Of a stretch of DNA of 64,000 bases, positions 19,186 through 28,505 are shown piece after piece. The stretch's first letter is position 1; each line of letters begins with the position of its first letter. The translations under genes were made by a program, and so were the position numbers. Source of the stretch: an uncultured Anaerolineales bacterium (GTDB lineage: Bacteria > Chloroflexota > Anaerolineae > UBA1429); NCBI GenBank assembly GCA_964651255.1, contig CAZYWU010000001.1:131890-195889 (forward strand). Reading direction: 5' to 3'. The notes under the pieces are model-generated. The model had not been told where the DNA came from and searched no databases. It saw nothing but the letters and a program-made list of their open reading frames with translations.

Positions 19186-19581
19186 CTACTCCTCGGGAAT
19201 CAGATAAAAGGGGTACACCAGGCTGCGGCTGGAATGGGTAGACCGGATTGTATACCTCACATTGATTAACATGCGGGCTGTATCCTCCGGGTCAGGGGAT
19301 GCGGTCACCTGCTCGACCTGGATTCGCGGTTCCCAGCGCCCCAGGGCCAGCCGCACAAAGCGCTCGGCCTGGGCGATGGTCTGTAGATTGTTGGGTGCAA
19401 AGACGATCTCATTCAGCCGGCAGCCGAACTCTGGGCGCATGACGCGCTGGCCGGGGGAGGTCATCAGGATGATGCGGATCGATTCCTCAATCTCCTGCTC
19501 CCCCGACACGGTGGCGATGCGACCGCGATGGTCCAGCCGCGGCGGAAAGGCCCAGCCTCTTCCGATGATATCGTCCGACAC
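19186..19581 (-). CDS. CIS baseplate wedge protein, gp25/GPW lysozyme-like (Afp9-type)
   Basis: 131 aa with the GRGWAFP...RPEFGC motif of GPW_gp25. Confidence 0.85.
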   Translation of the reverse strand: MSDDIIGRGWAFPPRLDHRGRIATVSGEQEIEESIRIILMTSPGQRVMRPEFGCRLNEIVFAPNNLQTIAQAERFVRLALGRWEPRIQVEQVTASPDPEDTARMLINVRYTIRSTHSSRSLVYPFYLIPEE

Positions 19582-19613
19582 GTGATGCTCCTTATCGCTG
19601 CTGAACGAAGGCG

Positions 19614-20018
19614 CTACCCTCCGGCCATGACCGTGCCCGTGGCGATCACGGTTCCGGCCGGGGCCGGGTTGATGTCATCGCAGGTCCGCGCGGAATCCCC
19701 GTTCCGCGCGACTCCCTGACCATTGACCAGCACCGTCGTGCTGCCCATCACAATGGTAGCCAGGTTGGTGGGCGGCACCTGAAAGCTTGGGCCCCCAATA
19801 GGTATGTGCGGCGGCTGGTTCACCGCCGTGCTATTGACCGTGGCGACCGGCATGCCCCCGATCATTACGTTGCTGCTGAGCCCTCCGTTGATCATGCCGT
19901 TGAATGGATGCCCGGGCGTTGGCGTTGGCACAGGACCGCCCGGCGAGGGCACCATCACGATGTGCGTATCCATCGCGGTGACCATGTCCCCCATTTTCGC
20001 GATCGGCTGTGCTGGCAT
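19614..20018 (-). CDS. PAAR-domain spike-tip protein (Afp10-type)
   Basis: 134 aa, Gly/Pro-rich with repeated xxGxP..G blocks and ARNGDS.C, typical of PAAR cones. Confidence 0.75.
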   Translation of the reverse strand: MPAQPIAKMGDMVTAMDTHIVMVPSPGGPVPTPTPGHPFNGMINGGLSSNVMIGGMPVATVNSTAVNQPPHIPIGGPSFQVPPTNLATIVMGSTTVLVNGQGVARNGDSARTCDDINPAPAGTVIATGTVMAGG

Positions 20019-20030
20019 GATGCTCGCCTG

Positions 20031-21731
20031 CTACGGGTTCAGCTGGATCATGGCACCCTTGATCGTCAGGTTGCCGCTGGCCTCTATTTCCATGTTCGCA
20101 CCAGCCTTGATGCTGACGTTCGTGCCCCCTTCGATCTCCAAGTCACCGTCGCCCTTGATCGTGATCTTTCGCCCATTATCGTCCAGAGATAGTACGGCGC
20201 CGCCCGAGGTCGTAATCTCCACCTTGCCATCATCGTCGTGCAGCACCAGGATGTGACCGCCGGCGGTCTCGATCTGGACAAAGGCCTCGTTTTCCTCCGC
20301 CAGAGTGATCTTGTGTCCCACTCGTGTGACCAGGGCGCGCTGGACGATACTCCCGTTGGCTACTGATGTAGCCCTGTCGATCGGGGTGGCATCCTGGCCG
20401 TTCCAGAGGCCGCCAATCACGACCGGGCGTTCGATGTCTCCCTGCTCAAAAGCCACCAGGACCTCGTCATTGACCTCGGGCAACCAGTAGATGCCACGAT
20501 CCGGACCGGCGCCCGTGCCGATGACGCGCGCCCAGGGGCTGCTCAGGTCCGGGTTCAGCCACGGGAACTTGACCGTGACGCGTCCCATCTCGTCGGGATC
20601 GTTGATATCGGTAACGATACCCGTCATCACTGGCCAGCTTGTACCGGGTCGTACGTCCCTGTCGAGCAGTCGCGCCAGCGTGTCGTCGCGGCGGCCGCGC
20701 ACGGTAAAGTACGTGACATAGTCGCGCTCTGTATTCCACACATGTCTGGCCGTGGTGACCCGATACGTGCCGCTGAACCGGTTCCCCAGCGCGGTGATGT
20801 TCGCCATCTTGCGGGCCTGCAACTCGGGCATGCCAAAGCACTCGCCTTCGGCCTCGACAAAGGCGCCGTCGTACTCGTCCAGTATGGCCTGTGCCAGTTC
20901 ATCCGCCTCGGCCTGGTCCGCGACACTGGTGGCGACAGTCAGCTCGCTGGCACTGCCAAAGACATTCTCTGCCAGGCTGCCGCCCGTGCCTTGCTCTCCG
21001 ATCGATGGCGCGGCCTCGCCCGATGTCGCCCGGCCCACGATCTCGTTTTTCGTGGAAGGGTCCCAGCCCCGCACCTGCACCTCACTGACCTGCTCGCCCA
21101 GGCTGAGGATGGGCCGGAAACTGCGCAGGTTCTCGCCCCACTCAAGATTGACAGTTTCGCCCTGTGCCGTGCCCGCCTTGAAGCAGAGGGTGCGACCCTC
21201 GACATAGACGTCATAGCCGATTCTGCGCGCTCGCTCGCGAAGAAACGCCATGTGGGTTTGGCCGTGCTGGAACACGTGCTTGTGCTCGGTCGATGTCGCC
21301 TCGACGTCCGCGCGCAGCTGCACCTGACTGGCGACATCGGACGCGATGGCGCTGTCGGTCATGTTGGTGTAGGTTCTGGTGATGGCACCGCGATGCAGGC
21401 GATGCGACCGGTCGTAGGCGCGCACCACCAGATCGGCGACTGTGCCCTCGCGAAAGTCAGGCTCGATCCCGGTGATCTCACCGTCAAAGAGCGCGGTCTC
21501 CCCGCGGCCCTGTTCATCAGCGACGCCCACTTCGAGGCTGGCCCCCAGGTCAAAGGGCCCGTTGTTGATCAGCTCGGCCCCCGTGTCGTGCACGTTCAGC
21601 ACACACATTGCCGGGAGCGTCAGGCTGCTCTCGACCTCGACCCGGTAGAGCTCGTCCATGACGGCGGTCTGGAGCGAGGTCCCGTTGATTTTGACATAGA
21701 GTTGTCGACTCAGGGCTGCATCGCGGCTCAC
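20031..21731 (-). CDS. VgrG-like central spike (gp27/gp5 fusion, phage late-control-D-like; Afp8-type)
   Basis: 566 aa with a gpD/VgrG N-terminal region and a C-terminal beta-helix repeat (GGAVLSLDDNGRKITIKGDGDLEIEGGTNVSIKAGANMEIEASGNLTIKG). Confidence 0.9.
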   Translation of the reverse strand: MSRDAALSRQLYVKINGTSLQTAVMDELYRVEVESSLTLPAMCVLNVHDTGAELINNGPFDLGASLEVGVADEQGRGETALFDGEITGIEPDFREGTVADLVVRAYDRSHRLHRGAITRTYTNMTDSAIASDVASQVQLRADVEATSTEHKHVFQHGQTHMAFLRERARRIGYDVYVEGRTLCFKAGTAQGETVNLEWGENLRSFRPILSLGEQVSEVQVRGWDPSTKNEIVGRATSGEAAPSIGEQGTGGSLAENVFGSASELTVATSVADQAEADELAQAILDEYDGAFVEAEGECFGMPELQARKMANITALGNRFSGTYRVTTARHVWNTERDYVTYFTVRGRRDDTLARLLDRDVRPGTSWPVMTGIVTDINDPDEMGRVTVKFPWLNPDLSSPWARVIGTGAGPDRGIYWLPEVNDEVLVAFEQGDIERPVVIGGLWNGQDATPIDRATSVANGSIVQRALVTRVGHKITLAEENEAFVQIETAGGHILVLHDDDGKVEITTSGGAVLSLDDNGRKITIKGDGDLEIEGGTNVSIKAGANMEIEASGNLTIKGAMIQLNP

Positions 21732-21747
21732 ATTGATAACCTCGCTG

Positions 21748-22407
21748 CTATTCCATCGGCGGGATGATGATCAGCCGTCCGGTGCGCAGGTGCAAAGGAT
21801 CGTCTATCCCGTTGGCCTGGGCGATCTGTCGCCACTTGGTGCTGTCTCCGTACGCGTCATAGGCGATGAGATCGAGCCGGTCGCCCGCATCGAGCATGCG
21901 TGTGGTCGGGGCGATCCCGCCCCCGGACGTGGGGTTCTGCCCCAGAATGTCAAAGGCATCGCTCACCTGCTGCAGGCTGATCTGGATCGTGCTGCGCACC
22001 GCGGTACCGGAGGGCAGAAACAGGCCGATCTGCTCGCTCATCTGCGTGATGACCGCCTCAAAGGAAAAGGCGCCCCAGATAAACATGCAATGGGGCGGTT
22101 CACTCTTGCCCGTGCGCGGGTCCGTGCGCGCGTCGTCTACCATCATCATGTTCCAGAGATGCGCTGTCAGAGAGCGGACATCCTGGCCCGCGTCCAGTGT
22201 GTCAAAGAGCAAGCGCAATGTCAGAGTCTGAGCGCCGCCCTGCTGGAACCGGATGTGCGGGATGTTCTTGCCTTTGGTATCTGCCTGCTCGTAAGAGTTA
22301 GTCTTGGCGATGGTGTACTCGTACGGGTTGAACATGCAGGGCACAGACTCCCCCGTGTTCTTGTTCACGAGCACTGCGGGCGCCAGACCTCCTCGTGTTG
22401 TCGGCAT
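21748..22407 (-). CDS. CIS tube-initiator / LysM-domain protein (Afp7 / P2 gpX-U-like)
   Basis: N-terminal PCMFNPYEYTI motif and a C-terminal LysM (DRLDLIAYDAYGDSTKWRQIAQANGIDDP). Confidence 0.85.
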   Translation of the reverse strand: MPTTRGGLAPAVLVNKNTGESVPCMFNPYEYTIAKTNSYEQADTKGKNIPHIRFQQGGAQTLTLRLLFDTLDAGQDVRSLTAHLWNMMMVDDARTDPRTGKSEPPHCMFIWGAFSFEAVITQMSEQIGLFLPSGTAVRSTIQISLQQVSDAFDILGQNPTSGGGIAPTTRMLDAGDRLDLIAYDAYGDSTKWRQIAQANGIDDPLHLRTGRLIIIPPME

Positions 22408-22421
22408 CTCTACGTTTCTCC

Positions 22422-24503
22422 TTAGCGCAGGCGCGAGCCACCCATGCGCTCACGCTCCACACGCAAACGATCTCTCAGCTTGCTGAACACACGTTCCGCC
22501 AGTTCTTCGATATCCGGAGCCCGTTCCGCTTGCGGAGACTCTTCAGATTCTGCCGGGGCAGTCTCCGTAGAGGAATCTGCGCGGGTTGTATCCGCGGGCG
22601 CCTCGGCGCGCCGGATAGGCGGGCCCGGCGAGTCCCCTCGATCTCGTGTAACGCGAGTTGGTGCAGCCATGGATGCGACCACCTGATCGATAGGCAGTAC
22701 CTGCCTCGGAAGTGGGTGGGGAGCGCCGGGCGTCAACCTCTGTTGCTCAGCCGTAGCCAGTTGGGCAGGGGTGCGGTCCGGGAAACCGGTCTGCCTGCGC
22801 ACAGGCGGATGTTGCGATGTCGGCGTCACGGCGGACAAGGCAGATCCTCCTGCTGAGGCTGGCGGCGTCTGGGCCGGCGGTACCTCCTGTACCCATTGCG
22901 CCGACTCGCGCGGTGACCGCGGCTGGATCGGAGGCGCGCTGGAGGGCGGGAGCTGTGCTATAGCTGGCTCAGGCCAGGGCGGTATCGTCTCAGGCTCGGT
23001 GCTCGCCTCAGTCGCAAAGCGCTGCAACTGCGCCCGGTAAGCCTCGGCCAGATCCAAGCTCGCAGGGACGCTCTGCACAGGAGCATGTTCCGAACCGGGT
23101 GCCCGCCGTTGTTCGGCCGCTGCGGTGACGGCTGGTGCCTGCACATCGGGACTGCGCCTCACAACCGGCTTTACTGGAGGCGCGTCGGGTTCGACCGCGG
23201 GCTCAAACGATGGTGCCTCCGGTCTGGTCAATGCGCCTTCTGGTGTCTCTGGGAGCGCCGCGGCAGCGGCCCGGATATGGTGTAAAGCATCTCTCTGTTC
23301 TACCCGCGCTGGCGACGGCTCGATGGCGTCAGACTGCAGCGTAACGGCTGGCGCGGGCGCCATGGGCATCTCGGGAATGGGCTCGCTATCGCTTGGCACA
23401 GGCTGCGTATCCGCCGGTCGTGCCACCTGCTCGCGCGTCGCCTCAGGCGTGGCGGTGGGGCCGGCGGGAGCAGATCTCTCTTCAGGTGCACGGTAGACCG
23501 CCTGTGCCCGGGAGATCGCCTCGGACTCGCGCCGCAGCGGTTGCGCGGAGCTAGATGCGTCCGAGGGGCCCGCCGTTCCAGTCTCCGCCGGCGGCGGCGT
23601 CTCGGCCGTCGTGTCCGCAAGATCAGTCGCGGGCCTTACTGGCACGCCTGGCGTCCCAGTATCGAAATCCGGCACAGCCGTCTCGCGCCTCACGGTCTGG
23701 GAAGTCGTTGGACCCTGCCCCTGGGGCGATACGGTTGCCTCTGTCGTCGAAACCGTGCTCTGCGTTTCCGCGGTACGCCGGATCAGTGGCGCTGCGAGCT
23801 GAGAGGTCGGCCTGTCCGCTGTGCCCTCGGCACGGGCTGGCCCTCGTGCCGCCTGTGTTCGGACCGTGTCCGTTGGCGTGCCCGCTTGTTGTGCCGGAGG
23901 CTGTTCATAGAGCTGCGAGACGGGTTTGGGCCGCGCCCCGGGCGCGGGAGGCGTGGCAGATGCCGTTGCGGAGGGCCGCGCGCCTCCTCGTGCCTGCCCA
24001 GCGGCCTGCGTACCTGGTGAGGCCTGGCTTGATGCCGGCGACCGGGGCCGCTGGAGCGCTCGCCGTACCTCTTCCACGGTAAAGCCGGGCCGTGGTGGGG
24101 CCAGAGGTTCCGAAGCTGGCTCTGCGTCCGGTGAGAGGGGACCCCCATCTCTCGCGCCCAGGGCGGACACCGCGCCCGTGAATCCTGACTGGTGGCCACG
24201 ACCGCGCTCAAGTATCTCTACTTCCGGAGTCATGAGCGCCAGCGCAGGGGATTGAGATGGTTCTGTGGCCGGTGCAGAGGCGGGCCTGGCCGGCTCGATG
24301 GTGCGCTCGATGACCGGTGACACGCGCGCCGGCGTTGGCTCGGCAATGCTCTGCACGACTGGATGCCTTGTCAGCGTCATGGGGGTATATCGCGTGGCCT
24401 GCCGCTGCAGAGGCCCGGGTTCCGGCTCCGGTATGATGTACCGGCGCTTGATATGCCGGGCGAAAGCCACGCTGACAAGTCGCAGGCCGTTCCCGTCTGT
24501 CAT
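22422..24503 (-). CDS. proline/alanine/threonine-rich low-complexity protein in the tape-measure (Afp14) position
   Basis: 693 aa. Position between tube 2 and the LysM protein matches the P2-like tube–tape-measure–U/X order. ATG overlaps the tube-2 stop (ATGA). Only the short N- and C-termini look non-repetitive. Confidence 0.5.
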   Translation of the reverse strand: MTDGNGLRLVSVAFARHIKRRYIIPEPEPGPLQRQATRYTPMTLTRHPVVQSIAEPTPARVSPVIERTIEPARPASAPATEPSQSPALALMTPEVEILERGRGHQSGFTGAVSALGARDGGPLSPDAEPASEPLAPPRPGFTVEEVRRALQRPRSPASSQASPGTQAAGQARGGARPSATASATPPAPGARPKPVSQLYEQPPAQQAGTPTDTVRTQAARGPARAEGTADRPTSQLAAPLIRRTAETQSTVSTTEATVSPQGQGPTTSQTVRRETAVPDFDTGTPGVPVRPATDLADTTAETPPPAETGTAGPSDASSSAQPLRRESEAISRAQAVYRAPEERSAPAGPTATPEATREQVARPADTQPVPSDSEPIPEMPMAPAPAVTLQSDAIEPSPARVEQRDALHHIRAAAAALPETPEGALTRPEAPSFEPAVEPDAPPVKPVVRRSPDVQAPAVTAAAEQRRAPGSEHAPVQSVPASLDLAEAYRAQLQRFATEASTEPETIPPWPEPAIAQLPPSSAPPIQPRSPRESAQWVQEVPPAQTPPASAGGSALSAVTPTSQHPPVRRQTGFPDRTPAQLATAEQQRLTPGAPHPLPRQVLPIDQVVASMAAPTRVTRDRGDSPGPPIRRAEAPADTTRADSSTETAPAESEESPQAERAPDIEELAERVFSKLRDRLRVERERMGGSRLR

Positions 24504-24931
24504 GACACCGTCACCATCTCGTAGGCCAGTTCCAGAGATTCTATCGCGATCGCGGAACTGCCCGCACTGAGCTCGGGCCCGCTCCACTTGGTGGGAAAGG
24601 CCATGTGAAAGTCCCAGCGGATAACTGGCTCACCGGCGTCGTCCAACAGCGTCACCGACACCTGCTTACGGGCCGCCATCAGCTGGCCCTGAATCACCTG
24701 GGTGTACCAGGCCATCAGGTCGCTGCCGGTGGCCACGCCTCGTTTGAGCGTCAGCGTGCCTCGGCGAACGCGCCCGGGCAGAGGGTGCGATCCCACGTTA
24801 TAGCCGCCCTCTTTCTGCTCCTGGATCTCTACCTCCAGTGCCGGGAGGGTGCATTCGGTGAATGTCGCTCCCGGAAGACCGTCGATCTGGACGCTAAAGC
24901 GATAGGCGGGATGGGCATCCGGACGTTCCAT
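24500..24931 (-). CDS. CIS inner tube protein, paralog 2 (Afp5/T4 gp19-like)
   Basis: 143 aa with YRFSVQIDGL...FTECT..., homologous to the tube protein at 25459-25902. Confidence 0.85.
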   Translation of the reverse strand: MERPDAHPAYRFSVQIDGLPGATFTECTLPALEVEIQEQKEGGYNVGSHPLPGRVRRGTLTLKRGVATGSDLMAWYTQVIQGQLMAARKQVSVTLLDDAGEPVIRWDFHMAFPTKWSGPELSAGSSAIAIESLELAYEMVTVS

Positions 24932-25089
24932 CAGGTCCCGACCTCATTGGTGTGAATTCTGTCGACCTCGCGCACCCATCGCCGGCGCTCGGGATGTTCG
25001 AGTGACAGGATGTCGTCCCGTGACCAGTGCAAGTAATAGGCCAGGTACGCTACCTCCTCGAGCATCCGGTCGAGGGGGTAGCGCGTCAT
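24931..25089 (-). CDS. 52-aa conserved-looking microprotein, translationally coupled between the 119-aa ORF and tube 2
   Basis: The internal ATG at 25089 overlaps the stop of the upstream ORF (ATGA). Its own stop overlaps the tube-2 ATG (TGATG). The longer 69-aa ORF in the track would overlap the upstream gene by 55 nt. Confidence 0.4.
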   Translation of the reverse strand: MTRYPLDRMLEEVAYLAYYLHWSRDDILSLEHPERRRWVREVDRIHTNEVGT

Positions 25090-25445
25090 TCCCCCAGTGG
25101 CACGATCTCCTGTCGAAAGACCGTATGACAGTTCGGGCATTCCACCTCGATCGTATCGGCGCCGGTCTCGTTGATACGCCTGTAAAAGTCTTGCAGGTAG
25201 GCCATATCTGCGGCGAACAGGTTTTCGATGACATGAGGGGTCACCTGGTCCAGACTGCCCAGGCGAGTGACGACGCGCGACAGCAGCAGTATCGCCAGGT
25301 AAGCCTCGTTAGATCGCACGCGCATGTCCCGGAGCGGGGCGATCTCATCCATTGCCGTGGCCAGCCTCATCACGCCCTGGCGATGGACCCGCCCCTCTCC
25401 GTCGACGTACCCGCGCGGAAGCTCGAAGGGGAACTCTGTCTGCAT
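25086..25445 (-). CDS. 119-aa CIS-associated hypothetical protein (Afp6-position) with C-terminal CPNC zinc-ribbon-like motif
   Basis: Located between the two tube genes. GGAGG SD 5 nt before the ATG. No confident family assignment. Confidence 0.55.
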   Translation of the reverse strand: MQTEFPFELPRGYVDGEGRVHRQGVMRLATAMDEIAPLRDMRVRSNEAYLAILLLSRVVTRLGSLDQVTPHVIENLFAADMAYLQDFYRRINETGADTIEVECPNCHTVFRQEIVPLGE

Positions 25446-25458
25446 AAGGGCCTCCGGT

Positions 25459-25902
25459 CTAGCTTACGCGGAATAGGCCCTCATGGGTGATCACGAGCTC
25501 CTCGACCCCCAGCTCATTGCTATCCGCCTTGATGGACGGACCGGACACCTTGACTGGCCAGGCTTTCTCAAAGTTCCAGCGGGCCACCTCGTTCAGGCCC
25601 TGGTCGAACATGATGATCGATCCCTCACGGCGGGCCTCGTCGACCTTGCCCTGAACGACCAACTCACGCCAGTCCCAGATGTCCATGTTGTCGGTGATAC
25701 CGCGCTTGAGCGTGATGTTCTCCCATTTGAGCCGGCCGGGGATTTTGAGCACATGCTCTCGCCCGGCTTCATCGACGACCTTGTGCTCGATCACCTCGTT
25801 CTCGGAGCCGATGCCGGAGCACTCGGTAAAGTACCCGGTGACCTCGCCCGCAACATCAATCGCATAGTGAAAACCAACAAGCGGATCTTTTCGGTCCGTC
25901 AT
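25459..25902 (-). CDS. CIS inner tube protein, paralog 1 (Afp1/T4 gp19-like)
   Basis: 147 aa, FHYAIDVAGEVTGYFTECSG...LKRG, the classic eCIS/T6SS-Hcp-like tube signature. Confidence 0.9.
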   Translation of the reverse strand: MTDRKDPLVGFHYAIDVAGEVTGYFTECSGIGSENEVIEHKVVDEAGREHVLKIPGRLKWENITLKRGITDNMDIWDWRELVVQGKVDEARREGSIIMFDQGLNEVARWNFEKAWPVKVSGPSIKADSNELGVEELVITHEGLFRVS

Positions 25903-25938
25903 GGATCGCTCTCCTTGCTCTACTTAGCTGGGCTGGCG

Positions 25939-27504
25939 CTAGGCCGCGGCGGGCCCCGCCCACTGGCTGATACGGAAGATCACAAACTCCGCCGGCTTGA
26001 CCGGGCAGATGCCGATCTCGATGATCAACTGGCCCAGGTCGCGCACTTCGACCGGATTCAGTTCCTCATCGCACTTTACATAAAACGCCTCATTGGGGGT
26101 TGTGCCAAAGAGTGCGCCGGATGTCCACACTGTACGCAGGAAGGCCGTCACATCGCGCCTGACGCGCGCCCAGAGGTCCGGGTCGTTAGGCTCAAAGACG
26201 ACCCACTGTGTGCCGCGCTCGATGGATTCCTCCACCATGTTAAAGAGGCGACGCACATTGATGTATCGCCACGCCGGATCGCTGCTCAGCGTGCGGGCGC
26301 CCCAGATGCGGATTCCGCGGCCGGGGAAGGCACGGATGCAGTTCACCCCGATGGGGTTCAGCGCATCCTGCTCGCCTCGGGTGAGCTGAACCGGAAGGCC
26401 AGTGGCGCCGCGGATCACCTCGTTGGCCGGGGCCTTGTGCACCCCGCGCTCGGCATCGCTGCGCGCATAGACACCCGCAATGTGGCCAGAAGGCGGAATG
26501 CGGATGCTCCCCTTACCCTTGACCATATCTGCGGTCTCGATCCAGGGATAGTACAGCGCAGCGTACTTGGTATCATAGTTGCTGGACTGGCGCCACTGCA
26601 GCATCGCCTGAGGACTGAGATCGGGCGGGCAGTCCAGAATAGCAAAGCTGTACTTGCTCTGCTCGCAGTGCTCGTACAGCGCCTGCTGTACCGCCTGGAC
26701 ATCCTGCAGCGACATCTCGCCAGACTGGAAGCTCTGCATCAGGTCCGGCACCGCCACCATCGTGACCTCGTCTACGGGCGTGAGGCCACCCAGCCCGGTG
26801 CGTTCTGCCACTTCGCCCCGATAGGCCGCCACGGTGAGCGCTTTGGTCTCGATCTTGCCGCCCTGCAGGGTATACTCGCCGGCGCGCGGTCTGCGCTCCG
26901 CCAGTGTGCCCTTGCTTTGCTGCACCTGCACCGTGATGAACCGAGACCGCGTATTGACCACCGTCTCGACATTCTGATCGCCCTTGCCCAGAGTTAGATC
27001 CTGAAAGGTCTCTGTACCGCCGGGAGCTGAGATGATCAGCGTAAAGGTCTCGGCGGCCGGGTCCTCAGGCTCGCGCACTGTGACCTTGATCTCGTTGCCG
27101 CTCGGGCCGCCAGACCTGGCCTTGATCTGAAGCGTGTCGCCGCCGCCTTCCGCGCGCGCCGGTAGTGCCGCGACAGCCGGCGTGGCCAGCCGTTCGTCCA
27201 CAGAGGCGCCCAGTGCCTTGACAGAGACTACGTAGCAGCGACTACCCCCGTTCGCAAAGTAACCATAGACCGAATAGGGCAGGTAGGCCCCCTCGACAAA
27301 CCCACCGAATTTGTCGGTGTACTGGGTCCAGTTGGTGATGGCCACGGGGCGATTCTGGAGCGAGGTCACCTCGCCATTGCTGACTTCCTCAGCCTTTTCG
27401 GTAAAGCCGATAAAGGCTGCGACAGCCGTGCCCACGGCCTCGATGGGCCGGGTTCCGCCCTCACGTTCTTCGATGTAAACACCAGGTGACAGATAAGTTG
27501 GCAT
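25939..27504 (-). CDS. contractile sheath protein (Afp2-4 / phage tail sheath family)
   Basis: Starts MPTYLSPGVYIEE (the ATG at 27504 is preceded by AGGA). 521 aa. Only one sheath gene is present in the locus. Confidence 0.9.
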   Translation of the reverse strand: MPTYLSPGVYIEEREGGTRPIEAVGTAVAAFIGFTEKAEEVSNGEVTSLQNRPVAITNWTQYTDKFGGFVEGAYLPYSVYGYFANGGSRCYVVSVKALGASVDERLATPAVAALPARAEGGGDTLQIKARSGGPSGNEIKVTVREPEDPAAETFTLIISAPGGTETFQDLTLGKGDQNVETVVNTRSRFITVQVQQSKGTLAERRPRAGEYTLQGGKIETKALTVAAYRGEVAERTGLGGLTPVDEVTMVAVPDLMQSFQSGEMSLQDVQAVQQALYEHCEQSKYSFAILDCPPDLSPQAMLQWRQSSNYDTKYAALYYPWIETADMVKGKGSIRIPPSGHIAGVYARSDAERGVHKAPANEVIRGATGLPVQLTRGEQDALNPIGVNCIRAFPGRGIRIWGARTLSSDPAWRYINVRRLFNMVEESIERGTQWVVFEPNDPDLWARVRRDVTAFLRTVWTSGALFGTTPNEAFYVKCDEELNPVEVRDLGQLIIEIGICPVKPAEFVIFRISQWAGPAAA

Positions 27505-27605
27505 CTCTCTATCCTTTGACTGATAGCAGGCCGGGGACATGACCGGCGTGCGACGAGGTCCACTGGTCCGGAGCTATAGAGCGATACCCTCCTTTCTTGT
27601 GGTGG

Positions 27606-28436
27606 CTATATCTCGAGGTCGTATGATTCCAGGCTTTGCGGCGGCACGGGCACGCGGTGCGTCGCCTCGCGGCCATCCGCCTGCACTCGGAGCCGGTATT
27701 CTCCGCCCGATAGCCCACCAAAGCGATAGCGTCCAAAGTGGTCGGTGAGGCAAGTCTGCCCCGTCTCTATCACGCTAACTGTGGCCCTGGGTACAGCAGG
27801 GCCACCCCTGGCCTGAAAAACGATGCCCGCGATCTCAAAGGTCGTCGACCGCGTAGCTTCGGCAGCATTGCGGTCAAGAACATCCACGCGCCGAGAGATG
27901 ACCCACGGGCTCGTAAAGGCCACGGCACGCTCCATGGCCAACGTGACTGTATAGTTGATCGAGGGCCTGAGCTGGTTCTCCATGACGCCCCAGAGATCGG
28001 GCAGGTTCTCGATGGCGCGCGAAGGCTGAGCGGTTCGCGCGTGCACCGGATAGGGCTGATTGCGCAGGCCGGGCTCAAGGATTTCCGTGTCCAGCGTCGG
28101 CGTGCCAGCCAGCGCACCAAGCACGCGCCACAGTATCGCGTGTTCATCCTCCACCTGATTCTGCGTCCAGACGGTGACCAGGTACGAGAGATCGTAGCGC
28201 AGAGGCGCCAGCCGCTTGCTGACCTGGCCTTCAGAATCACGCTCGACGATCCACTCTTGTGAACGAAGCTCCGTATTCTCCCGTATGTCGTACAGGTAAA
28301 AGTTGATCGTCGGGCGCGTCAGTCCAGCAGCCCAGTCGCCGGTGGGCTGGTCAAAGCTCACCGTGACACTGTCCGTGTCAAAGTTGCCGTGCTTTAGCAC
28401 CAGATTCCGGATGGTCTCGTCGAGCTGATTGATCAT
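27606..28436 (-). CDS. CIS tail terminator/cap, DUF4255 (Afp16/Pvc16-like) with carboxypeptidase-regulatory-like C-terminal domain
   Basis: N-terminal LTRPTINFYLYDI DUF4255 signature. C-terminal GIVFQARGG...GRYRFGGLSGGEYRLRV beta-sandwich. Confidence 0.8.
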   Translation of the reverse strand: MINQLDETIRNLVLKHGNFDTDSVTVSFDQPTGDWAAGLTRPTINFYLYDIRENTELRSQEWIVERDSEGQVSKRLAPLRYDLSYLVTVWTQNQVEDEHAILWRVLGALAGTPTLDTEILEPGLRNQPYPVHARTAQPSRAIENLPDLWGVMENQLRPSINYTVTLAMERAVAFTSPWVISRRVDVLDRNAAEATRSTTFEIAGIVFQARGGPAVPRATVSVIETGQTCLTDHFGRYRFGGLSGGEYRLRVQADGREATHRVPVPPQSLESYDLEI

Positions 28437-28505
28437 CCCCTGCCTCGAATTAGCTCTAGCACCTGACTAGCCTGCAATGACGCGCCGAGGTGTTACCCTT
28501 CTGGG

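Noticed and set aside
20742-21767. 341-aa plus-strand ORF antisense to the VgrG-like spike gene
   Set aside because: Opposite a gene with strong family signatures. Composition-driven open frame.
25483-26997. 504-aa plus-strand ORF antisense to the tube and sheath genes
   Set aside because: Opposite two high-confidence CIS genes, and spans an intergenic gap on the other strand. No domain features.
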